Of a stretch of DNA of 64,000 bases, positions 9,564 through 21,917 are shown in pieces; within the stretch, counting starts at the first letter, position 1, and each line of letters begins with the position of its first letter. Position numbers and translations under genes: made by a program. The stretch comes from Rebecca billardiae RCC1528 (taxonomy: Eukaryota > Protista > Haptophyta). The DNA lies in assembly GCA_965240325.2 (NCBI GenBank), contig OZ251237.1:620001-684000 (forward strand). The letters are read 5' to 3'. The notes under the pieces are model-generated. The model did no database searches. It was not told where the DNA came from and worked only from the letters and a program-made list of their open reading frames with translations.

Positions 9564-11044
9564 TCACCACTCCATCGAGGCGCTCACGTCCTTGCGGGCC
9601 ACGGCGACCTGCGACGAGCGCTCGCTCGCCTCCAGGTTGCGCACGAACTTGCGGAAGATCTCGGCGGGCGCGCTGAGGCGCGTCTTGGAGAGCGTGTCGA
9701 TCGATTTGAGCGCGTCGGCGCCGTCGGCCGCGTGCTCCTCGTTGAAGCTGTTGATGTCGTCGATCACCTGGCCGAGGGTAGGCACGTCGGCTGGCGTTGG
9801 GCAGCGCGCCGGGTGGCCGGGCGCGTCAGTGCACGCGCTCGAGAGTGCCCGCCTGCCTGCACGCGCGCACGCACGCGCGCCGCCGTCTGGCGCGCACGCG
9901 GACGCGCTCGCGGCGCCGCACCCGGGTTGAAGCTGTCGACGTCGGTTGGATCGAAGGGGACGCAGACGCGCCCCGTCTTGGGGTGTGCGCACCACGGCGA
10001 CTTGAGCAAGTGGTTCATCCCCTTGCTCACGTTCACGTCCAGCCGCGGGTACACGAGCGAGAACACGATCTCGAGCACGACCTTGTGCAGATTCTTCCGC
10101 TCGAGGGCCTTCTTGAGAGCTTCCCAGCGAGCGGTGCCCGACGCCTTGCGCGCGAACTCGTCGCGCATGCGCGCGCTGATGTCGTCGTCGCCCACCATGT
10201 CGAGGACGACGCTCCAGCCCGCCTCGGACTCGAAGAGCCCCATCCCGCTCGCGCTGAGCACCACGTCGTTGAAGAAGGGCAGCACCACCTCGGAGTAGAC
10301 CGCGTCGAGGCTCGGGTGCAGAGGCGTGTGCACGGCCATCCGACCGTTCTTCAGCTCGAGGCTCATGTAGTCGGCGATGGCGGAGCGGCCCTCGTTGCTC
10401 AGCGCGCGCGCGCGCTCGTCGCACACCCAGCAGTGGATCCCTCGCCTGCCGGAGTACACCCACAGCATGTGCTCGAAGCCGAAGTCGCGCCTGCGCCGCG
10501 CGCGCCGTGCGGGCCGGCTCAGCCGCGAGCAAGCACGCGTGCGCACGGCGCGCGCCACGTCGCGCGGGCGTGCCGGGCGATGGGGCACGCGGGCGCACCT
10601 GAGCATGAGATCCATCGACTTCACGGCCACGGCCATGACGGGCCAGCACGCGTCGCACGTCTCGATCTTGCCCGCGTCCACCTGCAGGAAATCGTAGTCC
10701 GTCAGATCAATGTCGAAGATGAGCTCGCGCTGCGTGGGCTGGAACACCTTGAACTTCTTGTGCTCGGAGGGGGGCGCGGAGAATATTGCGCCGATGTCGA
10801 TCTTGAACGGGAGCATGCCCGTCAGGTCCTTGCGGAAGGCCTTCGCGTCGTCGTAGCTCAGGTACCGGATGTAAACGTCATCGCCCGTCGTGAAAGAGAA
10901 CTCGCGCCGCCGAAGGAGGCGCTGCTGCGCGCTGTCGGCGGTGCTCGTGGAGTAGGAGAGCCAGCGACACATGAGCTCGGCCGGGAAGACGCGTTCGTAG
11001 TACGCTTTCAGGAGCTCGGGCGAGAAGCTCTCATCGTCCGGCAT
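9564..11044 (-). CDS. PRI1: DNA primase small (catalytic) subunit
   Basis: Motifs RREFSFT, YIRYLSY, PFKIDIGAIF, RELIFDIDLTDYD, WVYSGRRGIHCWVCD, YPRLDVNVSKGMNHLLKSPWCAHPKTGRVCVP. Introns 10491-10598 and 9791-9921. Confidence 0.96.
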
Positions 11045-11217
11045 GGTGGCGACCGAGGGGCCCGCGGCGCGCCTTGCTCGCCAAGCGCGGCTCGGCTCGC
11101 CTTGACCAACGGTATTCTTTACGTTCTATCGGCAGTCCGGGCGTGAGGTCTTTCGTAGTTTCGTCGAACTTCCGGACCCGAGCGACCCGACGGGCGCCGT
11201 GGCAGTCGCGTTCGACC

Positions 11218-12703
11218 ATGCGGACCTGGCTGCTCGCGGTGCTGCTCGCCGCAGCGCGCGGCGTGGATGCGTGGGCGTCGGTGCGGCCGGCTGCGCGGCC
11301 TATCCGGGCCTCCCGCCTCGTGGCCGCGCGCCAACCCGCGCGCCACGTCACCCTCTCCGTGCTGATGCTCGAGGGCAACCCGTTTGCAGCCAAGCACCAC
11401 GTCACGTCCTTTGACATGGACGCGCTCGTGTCGACGACGGGCAACCCGGATCAGACGCAGCGCGTGGTCAAGATCGTCGCGACGCTTGGGCCCGCCTCCT
11501 TCAGCGAGGAGATGGTCACCAAGCTCATCGCCGCCGGCGTCAACGTCTTCCGCCTCAACTCGTCACACCGGCAGGGCGGACAGTTTGAGGCGCTCGTGCC
11601 GATGATCCGCTCGGTCTCGGCGAAGCTGGGGAAGCCCGTCGAGCTGCTCGGCGATCTCCAGGGCCCGAAATTCCGCTGCGCCACCGTCGCTGCCGAGCCC
11701 ATGCCGCTCGAGGCCGGCTCCACCGTCTCGCTCGCGCTGATGAACGGCGATGACGAGCCGTGTCAGAACGGGCGCATCGTGCTCGCGCGCACCAAGGAGC
11801 AGGACGCGATGGTGAAGGGGCTGGCGGTGGGCATGACGGTGAAGCTGGACGACGGCGCGATGCAGCTGCGCGTGGCCAAGCGCGTCTCCGACGACGAGCT
11901 CGAGTGCACCGTCGAGGTGGGCGGCGGCCTCAAGTCGCGCAAGGGCATCAACGTGCCGGATCTGCAGATCGACTGCTCGGCGCTCACGGCGAAGGACGTA
12001 GACGTGTGCGCACGCGCGCGCGCGCAGCCGGGCGGCGCGGGCGCGCGCGGGAGGGCGGCTGGGCCCCCGCGCGCTCCGTGCCCGTGCCATCTGCCCCCGC
12101 GCGCGCGGGCATGCCCTCGGCCCGCCTCGCTCACACGCCGCTGCCCCCTTTGGGCCGCCGTGCCCTCCCGCCTGGCCGCAGGACGCGACGTTCTTGCTCA
12201 CGCAGGACCTCGACTACATGGCGCTGAGCTTCGTGCAGAAGGGCGAGGACATCCAGGAGCTGATCGACCTGATGGACGCGCAGGGCGTGCCCGCGGACAA
12301 GCGGCCGCGCATCATCCCCAAGATCGAGAAGCCCGCCGCGCTGCGCAACATTGACGAAATCCTGGCCAAGGCCGACGGGCTGATGGTCGCGCGCGGCGAT
12401 CTCGGCGTCGAGCTCGGGCTGGAGCGCGTGCCCTTCTTCCAGAAGGTCCTCATCCAGAAGGCGAACGCGGCGAACAAGTTCGTCATCACCGCGACGCAGA
12501 TGCTCGAGAGCATGATCTCGGCGGAGGTGCCCACGCGCGCCGAGGTCAGCGACGTGGCCAACGCCGTGTTCGACGGCACCGACGCAGTGATGCTCTCGGG
12601 CGAGTCCGCGGTGGGGGTCAACCCGCCCGAGGCGGTCAGGATGATGGGGCGCACGATCGTCGAGGCGGAGCTGCACAGCAAGATGATCTCGCCCAGCCTA
12701 TGA
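11218..12703 (+). CDS. PYK: Pyruvate kinase, probably plastid-targeted; barrel and B domain only
   Basis: [81 protein letters not shown]. Signal peptide [18 protein letters not shown]|W followed by an Arg/Ala-rich transit region. Intron 12004-12181. Confidence 0.95.
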
Positions 12704-14233
12704 TTGGGCGCGGCAGTCGAGAGCGCGGGGCGCAGTCCTCGGCGAACAGAAACCACTCTCGTCCCTCGCCCAGCCAAGTTGACGGAACCGCGGACTGGCG
12801 GCGCAGGCGTGGTGACGGCAGGCACGCCAAGTTGGCGTGAGACTGAGAGGGTCTGCCGCTGCGCTGCCACTGGCCACAGCAGCCGACACCGCCGATTATA
12901 TGCATGGCCCGATTCCGACGCGAATAAATGAAGGTGCTGCGCACGATCGACTTCGTCTGTTAATTGATTCTGTTGTTTCAACTGCGAGTAAGACTTAAAC
13001 TTAGAGTTAAAGACTATTCAAGTAATGAGTATTCATCAGAGTACTCGGTATATATATTATTCAATAATGGCTTAGCTAGCTAATATAACTTATATCAGTC
13101 GTCGGTTCATTATATATATATATATAAAGTCATATTCATCAGTATATTTTCATTAGTTATTCTTGCTTAGCATATATAGCTTGACAATCCGAGCAGTCGG
13201 CATAATGATAATCGAGTCTTGACAAGCTACACCCGGTCGCCGGAGCCCGGAGGTCAGACCTACTCTCCGAAGTCCGAGACCGAGACGACTCGGATTATTC
13301 GGCGGAATAAAGCCCTAGACTTAGAGTCCGCCTGGAGACGTACGGTAGTATATAAGTACGGCCATCCAGTAATGACAGCGATCGTCGATCCGAGCAGTTC
13401 TGAAGACAATAATGATAATAGTTTCTGCTTCGGATTAGACCTAATAAACTATGACTACTAATATTGATCGGGGCATTATTATTAGCAGTGCACTGCGCTG
13501 ATGCAGGACTGTCCTGTGTCCAGACACACGTCTGACGTCGGGCGTATATACGGCCAAGATGGGGCGGGACACGTGGCGCGCGCGCCTCAGCGCGCCCTCG
13601 CGCCCCGCCCGTGGGCCGTGGCCAGGCCAAGATGCTCATCGCCCGCGCGCGCATGGCGCACGTGCGCCCGGGGCCGCACGCGCCCGCGGGGGCGCTGCGC
13701 ACGACGACTGCTTCGAGACGACGTCTGACGACGCGTGGCACCGCGACCACCGCGCGGTGGCGCGCGCGCGTCGACGCCAGACGCCCTCAGACGGTGCGTC
13801 GGGCTTCCCGGCTCGGCAATGGACCGGCGGTGATGGTCGACTACGAGGGGGAGGGGGGGAGGGGGGGGGGCAGCGAAGAGCGCTGATCTATCGGATGGTG
13901 AGTCGTGGTGTTTGTCGCCTGACTCGGCGTCATGCATCGCGGCTGATTCGGCTGAATCCGGATGTATCTGATCTTCATTCCGTGCTGCTACAGCTCGGTC
14001 AGCTTGCTGACTGACTCAGCTGTCTCAGTCTCACTCTCATGACTGACGCCTGCCCGATGCATGCGCCACATAGTCGTCGTTTAATATATACGCGGCATGA
14101 GCAGGAGTGAGGTGGCGGGCTGGTTATACCAGCATTACACTCGCGGCCGGACTGAGTGGCCGCCAAATACTGCGTAACAAGTAGCTTACAGGTTATTAAC
14201 AGGCCCGAATCGGCCGGATTGGCGGATACTCAC

Positions 14234-15154
14234 TTACACCGCGGCGAGACGCTCCCTCAGCTGCTCGGCGGTGGGCGGCGTGCCCTTGACGTTGACCACG
14301 CTCAGGTCCGTGCCGCGCGCCGCGCGGCTCTCGACGATGCCGGCGAGCACCTCGGCGAGCGTGCTGCGCAGCGTGTCGCCGAGCAGCGTGTCTCCGCGCG
14401 CGAGCTGCACGTCCTGCGTGGCCGCGTCCTTGTCGAGCTGGAAGAGCGTGCCGAGGTAGTAGTTGTTCGTGTACGGCCCGCCGAAGAGCTGGCCTGGGCG
14501 CACGATCGTGTACTCAAACCCGCCCTGCGCCGCGCCCGCCATCACCGCCGCCTCGCCCGCCGCCTTGGCATCGAGCACGCCGCACGCGTTCAGGATCTTG
14601 AACGGGAAGCCGTCGCGCCGCGTGACGCCGACGGAGCTCATCAGGACAAAGTGCTCGCGCGACGGGCCGGCCGCCGCCTCCCATGCGCGCAGCACCGCGC
14701 AGATCCCCTTGTCGTCCACGTTGCTCGGCGTGTTCAGCCCCTGCGCGTCGAGGCTTTCGATCGCGGCGCGCACGTCAAAGCCCGAGTCAAGCAGCGCGGA
14801 GAGGACGGCGCCGGTGACCTCCGCCTCGCCCGACGCGGACCACGCCTTTGTGGGGAAGGCCGTGGTACCCGTGCACGCGACCACCGTGCTCACGCCCCGC
14901 AACGCGCTCTCGAGCGCGCCGCCCGGCCCGGCGTCTGCGCGCACGTCCGCCTCGATCACCTCGATGTTGTCCTTGTCAAGAAAGTTGGCGACGCTGGCCC
15001 TGTCGCGCACGATGGCGCGCACGGGGCGGCTATCGGCGAGACGGAGCGCTACCAGCTTGCCCACGTTGCCCGAGGCGCCGACGACGGCTGCGACCCCGCC
15101 CTCGGCCGCGGCCGCAAAGGCGAGCAACAAGACGACGACGGTCTGCGTCGCCAT
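14234..15154 (-). CDS. Atypical SDR / NAD(P)-binding Rossmann protein (At4g31530/TIC62-like)
   Basis: VVGASGNVGK, CTGTTAFP, LMSSVGVT, GVLDAKAAGE, YTIVRPGQLFGGPY; N-terminal signal peptide; intronless. Confidence 0.88.
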   Translation of the reverse strand: MATQTVVVLLLAFAAAAEGGVAAVVGASGNVGKLVALRLADSRPVRAIVRDRASVANFLDKDNIEVIEADVRADAGPGGALESALRGVSTVVACTGTTAFPTKAWSASGEAEVTGAVLSALLDSGFDVRAAIESLDAQGLNTPSNVDDKGICAVLRAWEAAAGPSREHFVLMSSVGVTRRDGFPFKILNACGVLDAKAAGEAAVMAGAAQGGFEYTIVRPGQLFGGPYTNNYYLGTLFQLDKDAATQDVQLARGDTLLGDTLRSTLAEVLAGIVESRAARGTDLSVVNVKGTPPTAEQLRERLAAV

Positions 15155-15346
15155 TGTCCGAGTCCTTCACACCAGCCTCCTCACGTCTCACGAGCGCCTC
15201 TCAAGGGCTGCCTCACACGCAATCTGAAATCGAGCAAAATCGATCTTCTGTTTCGTCGCGTCGTTTCCGCGTCCGATTTTGTAACGACGTCGACATCCCT
15301 CGTAGGGTGGAGTTCTGGGGCCTCATCCCGGTCGGGCGCGCCGGTG

Positions 15347-18300
15347 ATGTCGGCCCTGTCGCCGGGCTCGACGCCCGATGCTCCAGCGCAGTTAGCGAAG
15401 CGGGGGTCCGTCGGCTCGACGCCCGACATGAACAACCGTCTCGCCGGGCGCCGCTCCTCGGGCCTGTACCAGCAGGCGCCGGCAAAGACGGCGTTTGTGC
15501 ACAACGTGCGCAAGATCCGAGTCACGCTGCGCACGCTCAAGCACCTGCCGAACGAGACGTCATCGGCCGACCTCGCGGCGGAGCAGGACGGGCGATACGG
15601 GTATGGTCCGGCCGAGCCGCGCGACGAGCGGCTGATGGGCACGCCCACGCTCCAGCAGCTCGTCCTCGCCGACGAGGGCCGCGCGTACGACCCAGATCGG
15701 ATCTCGCACGAGCACGTGATCACGGCGCTCGAGGTGTCGTCGTGGCACGACGTGAGCCACGCGGCGCGGCTGGAGGAGGAGCGCGTGGCGCTGCAGGAGA
15801 AGGCGCAGCGCGCCGAGGAAGCCCGCCGCCGCGCGCACGAGGAGCCCTCCGCGCTCTCGCCGCAGAGCTCGCCGTCAGGGACCAAGTCTGAACGGCTCAG
15901 CGGGCTCCGCCGCTCGCTGCAGGTGGGGCGGCAGGCGCCGCCCGTCTCGCTGCGCGCGAGCAGCACGCGGATGGGCGGCTCGATGCGCCTGGCCAAGCCC
16001 GACGCGCCCTCGCTCAGCGGCTCGGCCCGCTCGCCGCTCTCCGCCCTCTCCGAGCACGGCTCTTCGGAAGCGGGTGCGCCCGCCGCCGCGGCGCCCCCGT
16101 CGCCAGAGCAGGTCGCGAGCTTGCTGCGCGCGCACACGCGGCAGCTGCCGCCGCGCAAGCGCGTGCCCGTGCCCACGACGATGCACGTCAGCTTCTCCGA
16201 GCACACGTCCGCCGTGCAGGGCAGCGCGCTCGACGAGGAGTACCGATATTACGCGCCGTCGCTGCGCAGGCGCCTCGTTCCCGCGGGTGTGCCGCCATCG
16301 GCGCACGTGCACACGACCGAGGCGCGGGACCTGCTGGCGCGCGCGGAGCAGCTCGCGCGCGCGGGTGAGCACGGCACGGCGGGCGCGGCGTACCTCCGCG
16401 GCGTGCGCGACGGCGGGCAGGCGCTGCGCGAGCACTGCTCGCGCGGCCTCGAGCGCGAGCTGCGCGCGCTCAGGCTCAGCTACCCGAGGCCCCTCTCTGA
16501 CCTGCAGCATGAGCCGATGGCGGCCAGCCGCGAGCCGGCGGCGCTGCGGCCGCACGAGACGGCGCCGCTCTCGCCGCCGCGCCCGCCGCCGCCCGCCGCC
16601 GCCGCGGCGCGGCGCGCCGCGCTCTCGAGGCTCGAGGCCGCGTCGCTCGGCACGGCACACGACGACGAGTCGGGCGCGCCGCCGCGGCACGGGATTAAGC
16701 CGACTTACGCCGATCACGCGTCGCTCGACGCGACGTTTGAGCGCGCGGCGGAGCTGGCGCAGGCGGACCTGGACGACGTGCTGCCCGAGAACGCGGCCGA
16801 GCGCGAGGTCGAGCGCCGCGCGATGACCGCGCAGCTGCGCGTGTACCGCCGCGAGCTGCTCGTGCTGATGCGGACCTATGCGCGTCTGGACGCTCGGCAT
16901 GACCTCGGCAGCGGCGGCGCCGACGACGACGGCCGCGGCGGCGGCGGCGGCGGCGGCAGTGGCACGCGTGCGTTCACCCTCGCTCACAACGAGTGGCTGG
17001 CTCTCGTGCGCGCGCTCGGACTGAGCGAGCACGACGTGCCCGAGTCGATCGTCTCGTTCATCTACGTGCGCGCCGGTTGGACGCGTCAGGGCGAGGGCGT
17101 CGCGGCCGCGGCGCTCGAAGGGGACGGGCTGCTGCTTCCTGAGATGCTCTGTGCCCTGGTCCGGCTGGCATCGTATCTGTACCGCAAGCGCAGCCGGATG
17201 CCGCTCGCGCGGAAGGTGCGACGGCTGCTGAGGCACCACCTCGGCGGCGCGCTGGACGAGAGCGGCGAGGAGGCGCTCGCCGAGACCCTTCGCGAGGAGC
17301 TCGACCGCGGCGAGTGTGCCGATCTGTTCCACGCGTATCGCTCGGAGCTGGACCGCATCTACCAGTTCTACGCGTGCCGCGGCGTGGCCAACGGGCAGCG
17401 GCGCGCGAAGGAGCACGCGCGCCGCCTCAGCCTGATGATGGCGGGCGCGGCGCAGCGGCTGCCGCCGGAGGTGCACGCGGCACCGCCCGCGGAGGAGGCG
17501 GCGCCCGCGCCAGCGCAGGACGGCGAGGCCGCGCCCGCGGACGCGCCCGCCGCCGAGGACGGCGCACCCGCCGAGGCGGGCGGGCGGCGCTCACGCGCGT
17601 CAAGCCTGCGCGTGCCGGGCCGCGGCGGCGAGGACGAGGGCGAGCACTCGCGCGGCGGCGGCTCGCGCCGGCCGTCCGCGGCTGACTACGAGGTGGCGAT
17701 GCCGACGCCTGCCGGCAGCCTTACACTCACGCCAGACGACTGGATTTCCTTTTGGAAGGACTGCGGGCTCGTGATCGACGCGCAGACAAAGCTGCTCTCG
17801 ACGGCGGCCGCGCTCAACCCGCGCGCGTGGGGGTCCGTGCGGTACGCGGTGCACTACCTCGGGTCGAAGATGCCGATCGGGCTCACGCTGCACGAGGTAC
17901 ACGCCATCTTCATCGACTCTCAGTTCGAGCAGCTGGAGGGCGTGCAGGTGTGCCGAGCGCGCGCCGCCGCCGCGCGCCGCGCCGCGCGCCGCGCCGCACC
18001 GCCTGACCCGCTTGCACGCGCCGCGCGCCGCTCGGCTGCTACAGACGAGCGCCGGCCTGCTGCTAGACGTGGAGATGACGTACGCCGAGTTCTGGGAGGG
18101 GATCGCGCGCGTCGCGAGCCGGCTGCCCGACTTTGCGTACGGTGTGCTCCGCGACTCGAGCCAGGCGCAGCAGCTCGGCCTCGCCAAGCTCGAGGAGCCG
18201 CTCGCGCAGCGGCTGCACCTGCTCTGCCAGTATATCCTGCGCGCGTGGAAGGAGCCCGAGCGCGAGGCGGCGCTCAGGCCGGGCGGCAGGCGCTCGAGCC

Positions 18301-18407
18301 TGCGCGAGACGGCCGTGCGCATGGCCGCGAGCGCGGCGCGCGCGAACGAGCTCGTGTGTCGGTATCGCGAGCACGCGGCGGCGGCGGATGGCGAGCCCAG
18401 CAACTGA
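15347..18407 (+). CDS. Uncharacterised large protein with C-terminal degenerate EF-hand-like helical repeats (resembles the RSPH10B C-terminal region)
   Basis: Long ORF with host codon usage. [59 protein letters not shown]. Intron 17948-18044. Confidence 0.65.
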
Positions 18408-18444
18408 CCTTTGGGCGCCAGTCACCCTGAGTTAGACTCCGCTT

Positions 18445-18447
<3 letters not shown>

Positions 18448-18529
<82 letters not shown>

Positions 18530-18540
18530 AGAGAGAGAGA
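18448..18540. repeat. (GA)n microsatellite
   Basis: Near-perfect GA run. Confidence 0.98.
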
Positions 18541-19699
18541 CGAGCTATATAGCCAGAGACGAGACGAATATATAGTCTGATGATGGCCCGCGGTGCAGGG
18601 CGGAGCGCGCAGCGTGGAGCCCGCACCAGCGGGCCCGAACAACGTTTCAAAAAGATCTTTGATCAAGAAAAAAGGGACGGGGGACGATTTTCATGGCTGG
18701 AGGAGACCGAGTTTCGAATTTTGAGACCCTCTCTAACATGCATCACGGCCGAAAAAGGTCGCGCCCACGGCAAGTTCATAGTAAAGCGTGGAGTGACGCC
18801 CGTCCAAAAAACTTCACGCCCTTTAGGATCCCTAACGTAACGAACCGTTACAAGCGATTTTTCCGGCCAATGAGATTGCAGCAAGGTCCAAGGAGCGATG
18901 ACGTATCTAGATAGAGATTGCCGCGAACCGATGTGACCATGTACGTCCCTTGAATCAGTTGAATCAACTATTCAATCGCGCCGTGTCTGTTATCAGGAGC
19001 CGACGAGGCAAGGGTCAGTAGCCGATGGGCCAACCTCGGCGAATCTCAATACTATCTGACACCGGAGCGGGAGCCGGGGCGCCGGCGGGCCCGCGTTTTC
19101 TACGCCACGGCTGCGGCGAGACCGCGAGAGGATGAGGCGAGCTGACGAGCGACCGACGGGTGAGGACGGCGATGGGCAGGTGCGCGCGGCGAGTTGCGCC
19201 TGGAGCGCGCGGCTGCGGCGGGTCCCGACTGCCGTCGACATCGCGTTCGTGCCCCCGCTCACTCCGCGCGCCCCCGCCGCCCCGTGTCGATGCCTGCGCG
19301 CGGCCGCGCGCCGGTCGGCGCCGCGGCGCCCCGGCCGCGCCGCGGCAGCCGCCCTGTATTCGGGCTCTCGCAAGCTCGGGGGCAGCGGCGCCTGATGCCG
19401 GACTGATCGATCTCTGAGTCTTCGACTTCACCACGCGCCGCCCTTGCCATGCCTTTCCGGGGAGCGCCGACGATCCGAGTCCATCGTCGACCGGTCGACT
19501 CTGAGCGAGGGCTACGCCTCGGAACTGAACGGTACTCTACGAGGAGGACGAGCTGCGCGGGCGACGGTGGTGCGTGACGTCCCCAGAGCTGGCTGTGCCT
19601 CTGCAACGCGTGCCGAGCCTGATCGAGGTGTGTCAGCCCGTGCACGCGCGGCGTGCGCGAACGATCTGTGACTGGTGCCCAGTCGCACCTCCGACCTCG

Positions 19700-20013
19700 G
19701 CACCGTGCTCCCTCGGGCTGTCAGCTCCGCGTGGCCTGGCGTGCACGTCGAGTTGCGCTCATGCGTCGATCACGCCTCGCGCCCGCCTGTCGGCCGTCGC
19801 GCAGGCGCTGGTCGAACCCTACTCGGACCAGTGCAAATCACCTAACTATCCTGGCGCTGCCGCGGTGCGCGGTGACCCGCGGCGGGACAGCGGTCAGTCA
19901 GCAGCAGCGGCCCGAACGAATCCGCGGCCCCGCACCGTGCTCCCTGGCTGTCAGCTTCGCGTGGCCTGGCGTGCACGTGGAGTCGCGCTCATGCGTCGAT
20001 CACGCCTCGTCGC
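19700..20013 (+). repeat. Pair of ~80 bp direct repeats about 231 bp apart
   Basis: CACCGTGCTCCCT..GGCTGTCAGCTYCGCGTGGCCTGGCGTGCACGT..CGCTCATGCGTCGATCACGCCTCG at 19701 and 19933. Confidence 0.9.
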
Positions 20014-20149
20014 ATCCGCCTGTACACAATCGGCGCCGCGCCGGCGGCTGCAATGGGCCCGCCCGGCGCGGCGGGCGGCGGCGCGCCGCTGATGGAGTCT
20101 AGTTGTACGGGCCGCATACTGCAACGACTGGTCTGTCAATAGACGACTG

Positions 20150-20227
20150 CGACGGAGGGTGCACCGCCACCGCGGGCCCTGAACTACGTTCGTTCTACGG
20201 AAAAGGACCGCGGAACGCGGTCATATT
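20150..20227 (+). repeat. Dispersed hairpin-ended repeat, copy 2
   Basis: Matches 1964-2033, including GACCGCGGAACGCGGTCATATT. Confidence 0.85.
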
Positions 20228-20231
20228 GTCA

Positions 20232-21647
20232 TCAGCTCACATCTGGATGGCAGGTCGGGCGCGAGATTTTGTACGCGAGTGCTCGCGTGAGGAGGGGAAC
20301 GTCCGCTGAGAACCGCGCCGACGCGTCGGCGGGTGGCCTCGGCATCGTAAACGGTGCACGACCGCGAACAAATTTTCGCCGCGCGCCCCGATTGCTTGGC
20401 ACGTGGCTCGAGCATGCAGAGTAGCACGGCAGGCTCTGCTTCTGCACAAACACGCCAGCATCGTCGAGGCTCACGTGCCAGCACGCGCTGAAGTCATCCA
20501 TCGCGGGCGAGACGAGCAGGTAAGAGTCTGGGACGCGCGCGCGCGCCACGCAGGCGGGCGCAGGGTTCGTGTGAGCCAGCGCCTCGCGCCCCATCCCCGC
20601 GCGCATGGGCGCGCGGGCCCACGCGCTTCGGTCGCCGGTGCGCGTACAGCACATTTCCGTCCGCACCGAGATGCCGGCGATAGTCAGGTCCCCGCGAGTG
20701 GTCGAGTTGTACTCGCACGTGACCTGCAGCGCATCGCCGGGGCGCACGACCACGGGCGGGTCGAGCAGGTCGACGGGCGCGGCGTGGTAGTTGAAGCGCG
20801 GGTACACGCCGAAGGGCGTCCGGCTGCCATCCGCGTGCACCACCTCTGTGAGCACGCGGTGGCCGAGCATGTGCATGTGCTGGTTCACCGCGAGCACCTC
20901 AAAGTGCGGCGCACGCGCCTGCCCGAGCCTGGCCCGAATGCACTCGGGCGCGCACACCGAGCCCACCTTGAACGCCGGCTCGCCCGGCGGGATGTGGATC
21001 ATCCCCCAGCGCGGCCCGAGCTCGAAGAACTGGTACGCGGTCACGGCCGGGCCGGGCTCGACCAGCTGCAGCTTGAAGCCGGACGAGTCGCTGAATCTCA
21101 CCCGCTGCAGCTGCTCGCGCGCGGTGACAGTGGCGACGTTGGGCGCCTTGTAGTGCACCTGGAGAAGCGCGCCCTTCGCAGGCAGCTTGATCGCCTTGCC
21201 CGGCGGGAGCGTCAGCCCCTCGCCGCCATTGTAGGTGTACATCATGCGCTCGCAGCCCGGCCAGAACGGCTTTTTCGTGCACTGCCACGACTGCTCGCCG
21301 CGGCGCATCTCGTCGGTGAGCTTGGCGTCATCTGCGCAGTGGAAGAGCGAGATGTGGTGGACGTACCGCTGATTCTGCGGCGGGTCGAAGAGCGGCGTGA
21401 CCTTTGTGACGAGCAAGGGCGAGCTCCTCTGCAGTACGTCCATCCGCACGTACAAACACTGATACACGTCCGTGCGCACAGCGATGGGCGCATCGTGGTG
21501 CGTGGCACGGAACGAATCGACGCGACCGGCCTCAAGCTGGCGGCTCGCGACAAGGCCCACGGCCGCCAGCACGGCCAGCGCCTGTCTCGCCCGTGCCGCT
21601 GCCTGCATCCGTGGTGCGTGGCACGGAACGAATGGACGCGAGGCCAC
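20232..21647 (-). CDS. Copper type II ascorbate-dependent monooxygenase (DBH/MOXD1/PHM-like), no DOMON domain
   Basis: Cu ligands YVHHISLFHC, LLQVHY, HMHMLG, EMC; GDALQVTCEYNS. Hydrophobic N-terminus (start could be ATG 21608). Intron 20528-20647. Confidence 0.88.
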   Translation of the reverse strand: MASRPFVPCHAPRMQAAARARQALAVLAAVGLVASRQLEAGRVDSFRATHHDAPIAVRTDVYQCLYVRMDVLQRSSPLLVTKVTPLFDPPQNQRYVHHISLFHCADDAKLTDEMRRGEQSWQCTKKPFWPGCERMMYTYNGGEGLTLPPGKAIKLPAKGALLQVHYKAPNVATVTAREQLQRVRFSDSSGFKLQLVEPGPAVTAYQFFELGPRWGMIHIPPGEPAFKVGSVCAPECIRARLGQARAPHFEVLAVNQHMHMLGHRVLTEVVHADGSRTPFGVYPRFNYHAAPVDLLDPPVVVRPGDALQVTCEYNSTTRGDLTIAGISVRTEMCCTRTGDRSAWARAPMRAGMGREALAHTNPAPACVARARVPDSYLLVSPAMDDFSACWHVSLDDAGVFVQKQSLPCYSACSSHVPSNRGARRKFVRGRAPFTMPRPPADASARFSADVPLLTRALAYKISRPTCHPDVS

Positions 21648-21679
21648 GGCCGCCAGCGCGGCTGCCCCGCATCTGAGTA

Positions 21680-21711
21680 CAGTTTACTATGATTTAACGT
21701 GATGCACACAG
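21680..21711 (+). mobile_element. Truncated left-type end of the CAGTTTACTA Tc1/mariner-like family
   Basis: TA|CAGTTTACTATGATTTAACGTGATGCACACAG, similar to 53891 and 56009; cut off by the element starting at 21712. Confidence 0.6.
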
Positions 21712-21917
21712 TATCTCTTTGTTGGCCGAAGATACGCTAGCGTCCTTCCGACCACAAAATCGCGGAAAACGCCGCAATCGCTTGGTTTTCAGACCTCGGC
21801 CCCAGCGGCAAATGCGTTCAGCGACCTCGAAAACCTTGGGACCCGCTCGGGTTTGGGCGTCAGGTGCCGCAGGCGACCGTCCGACCGCCGGAACCGTCCA
21901 AAAGTCGAAGGACGCTA

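Noticed and set aside
14156-15346. N-terminal third of the 1424-aa plus ORF
   Set aside because: Antisense shadow of the Rossmann-fold gene; the real start is probably 15347.
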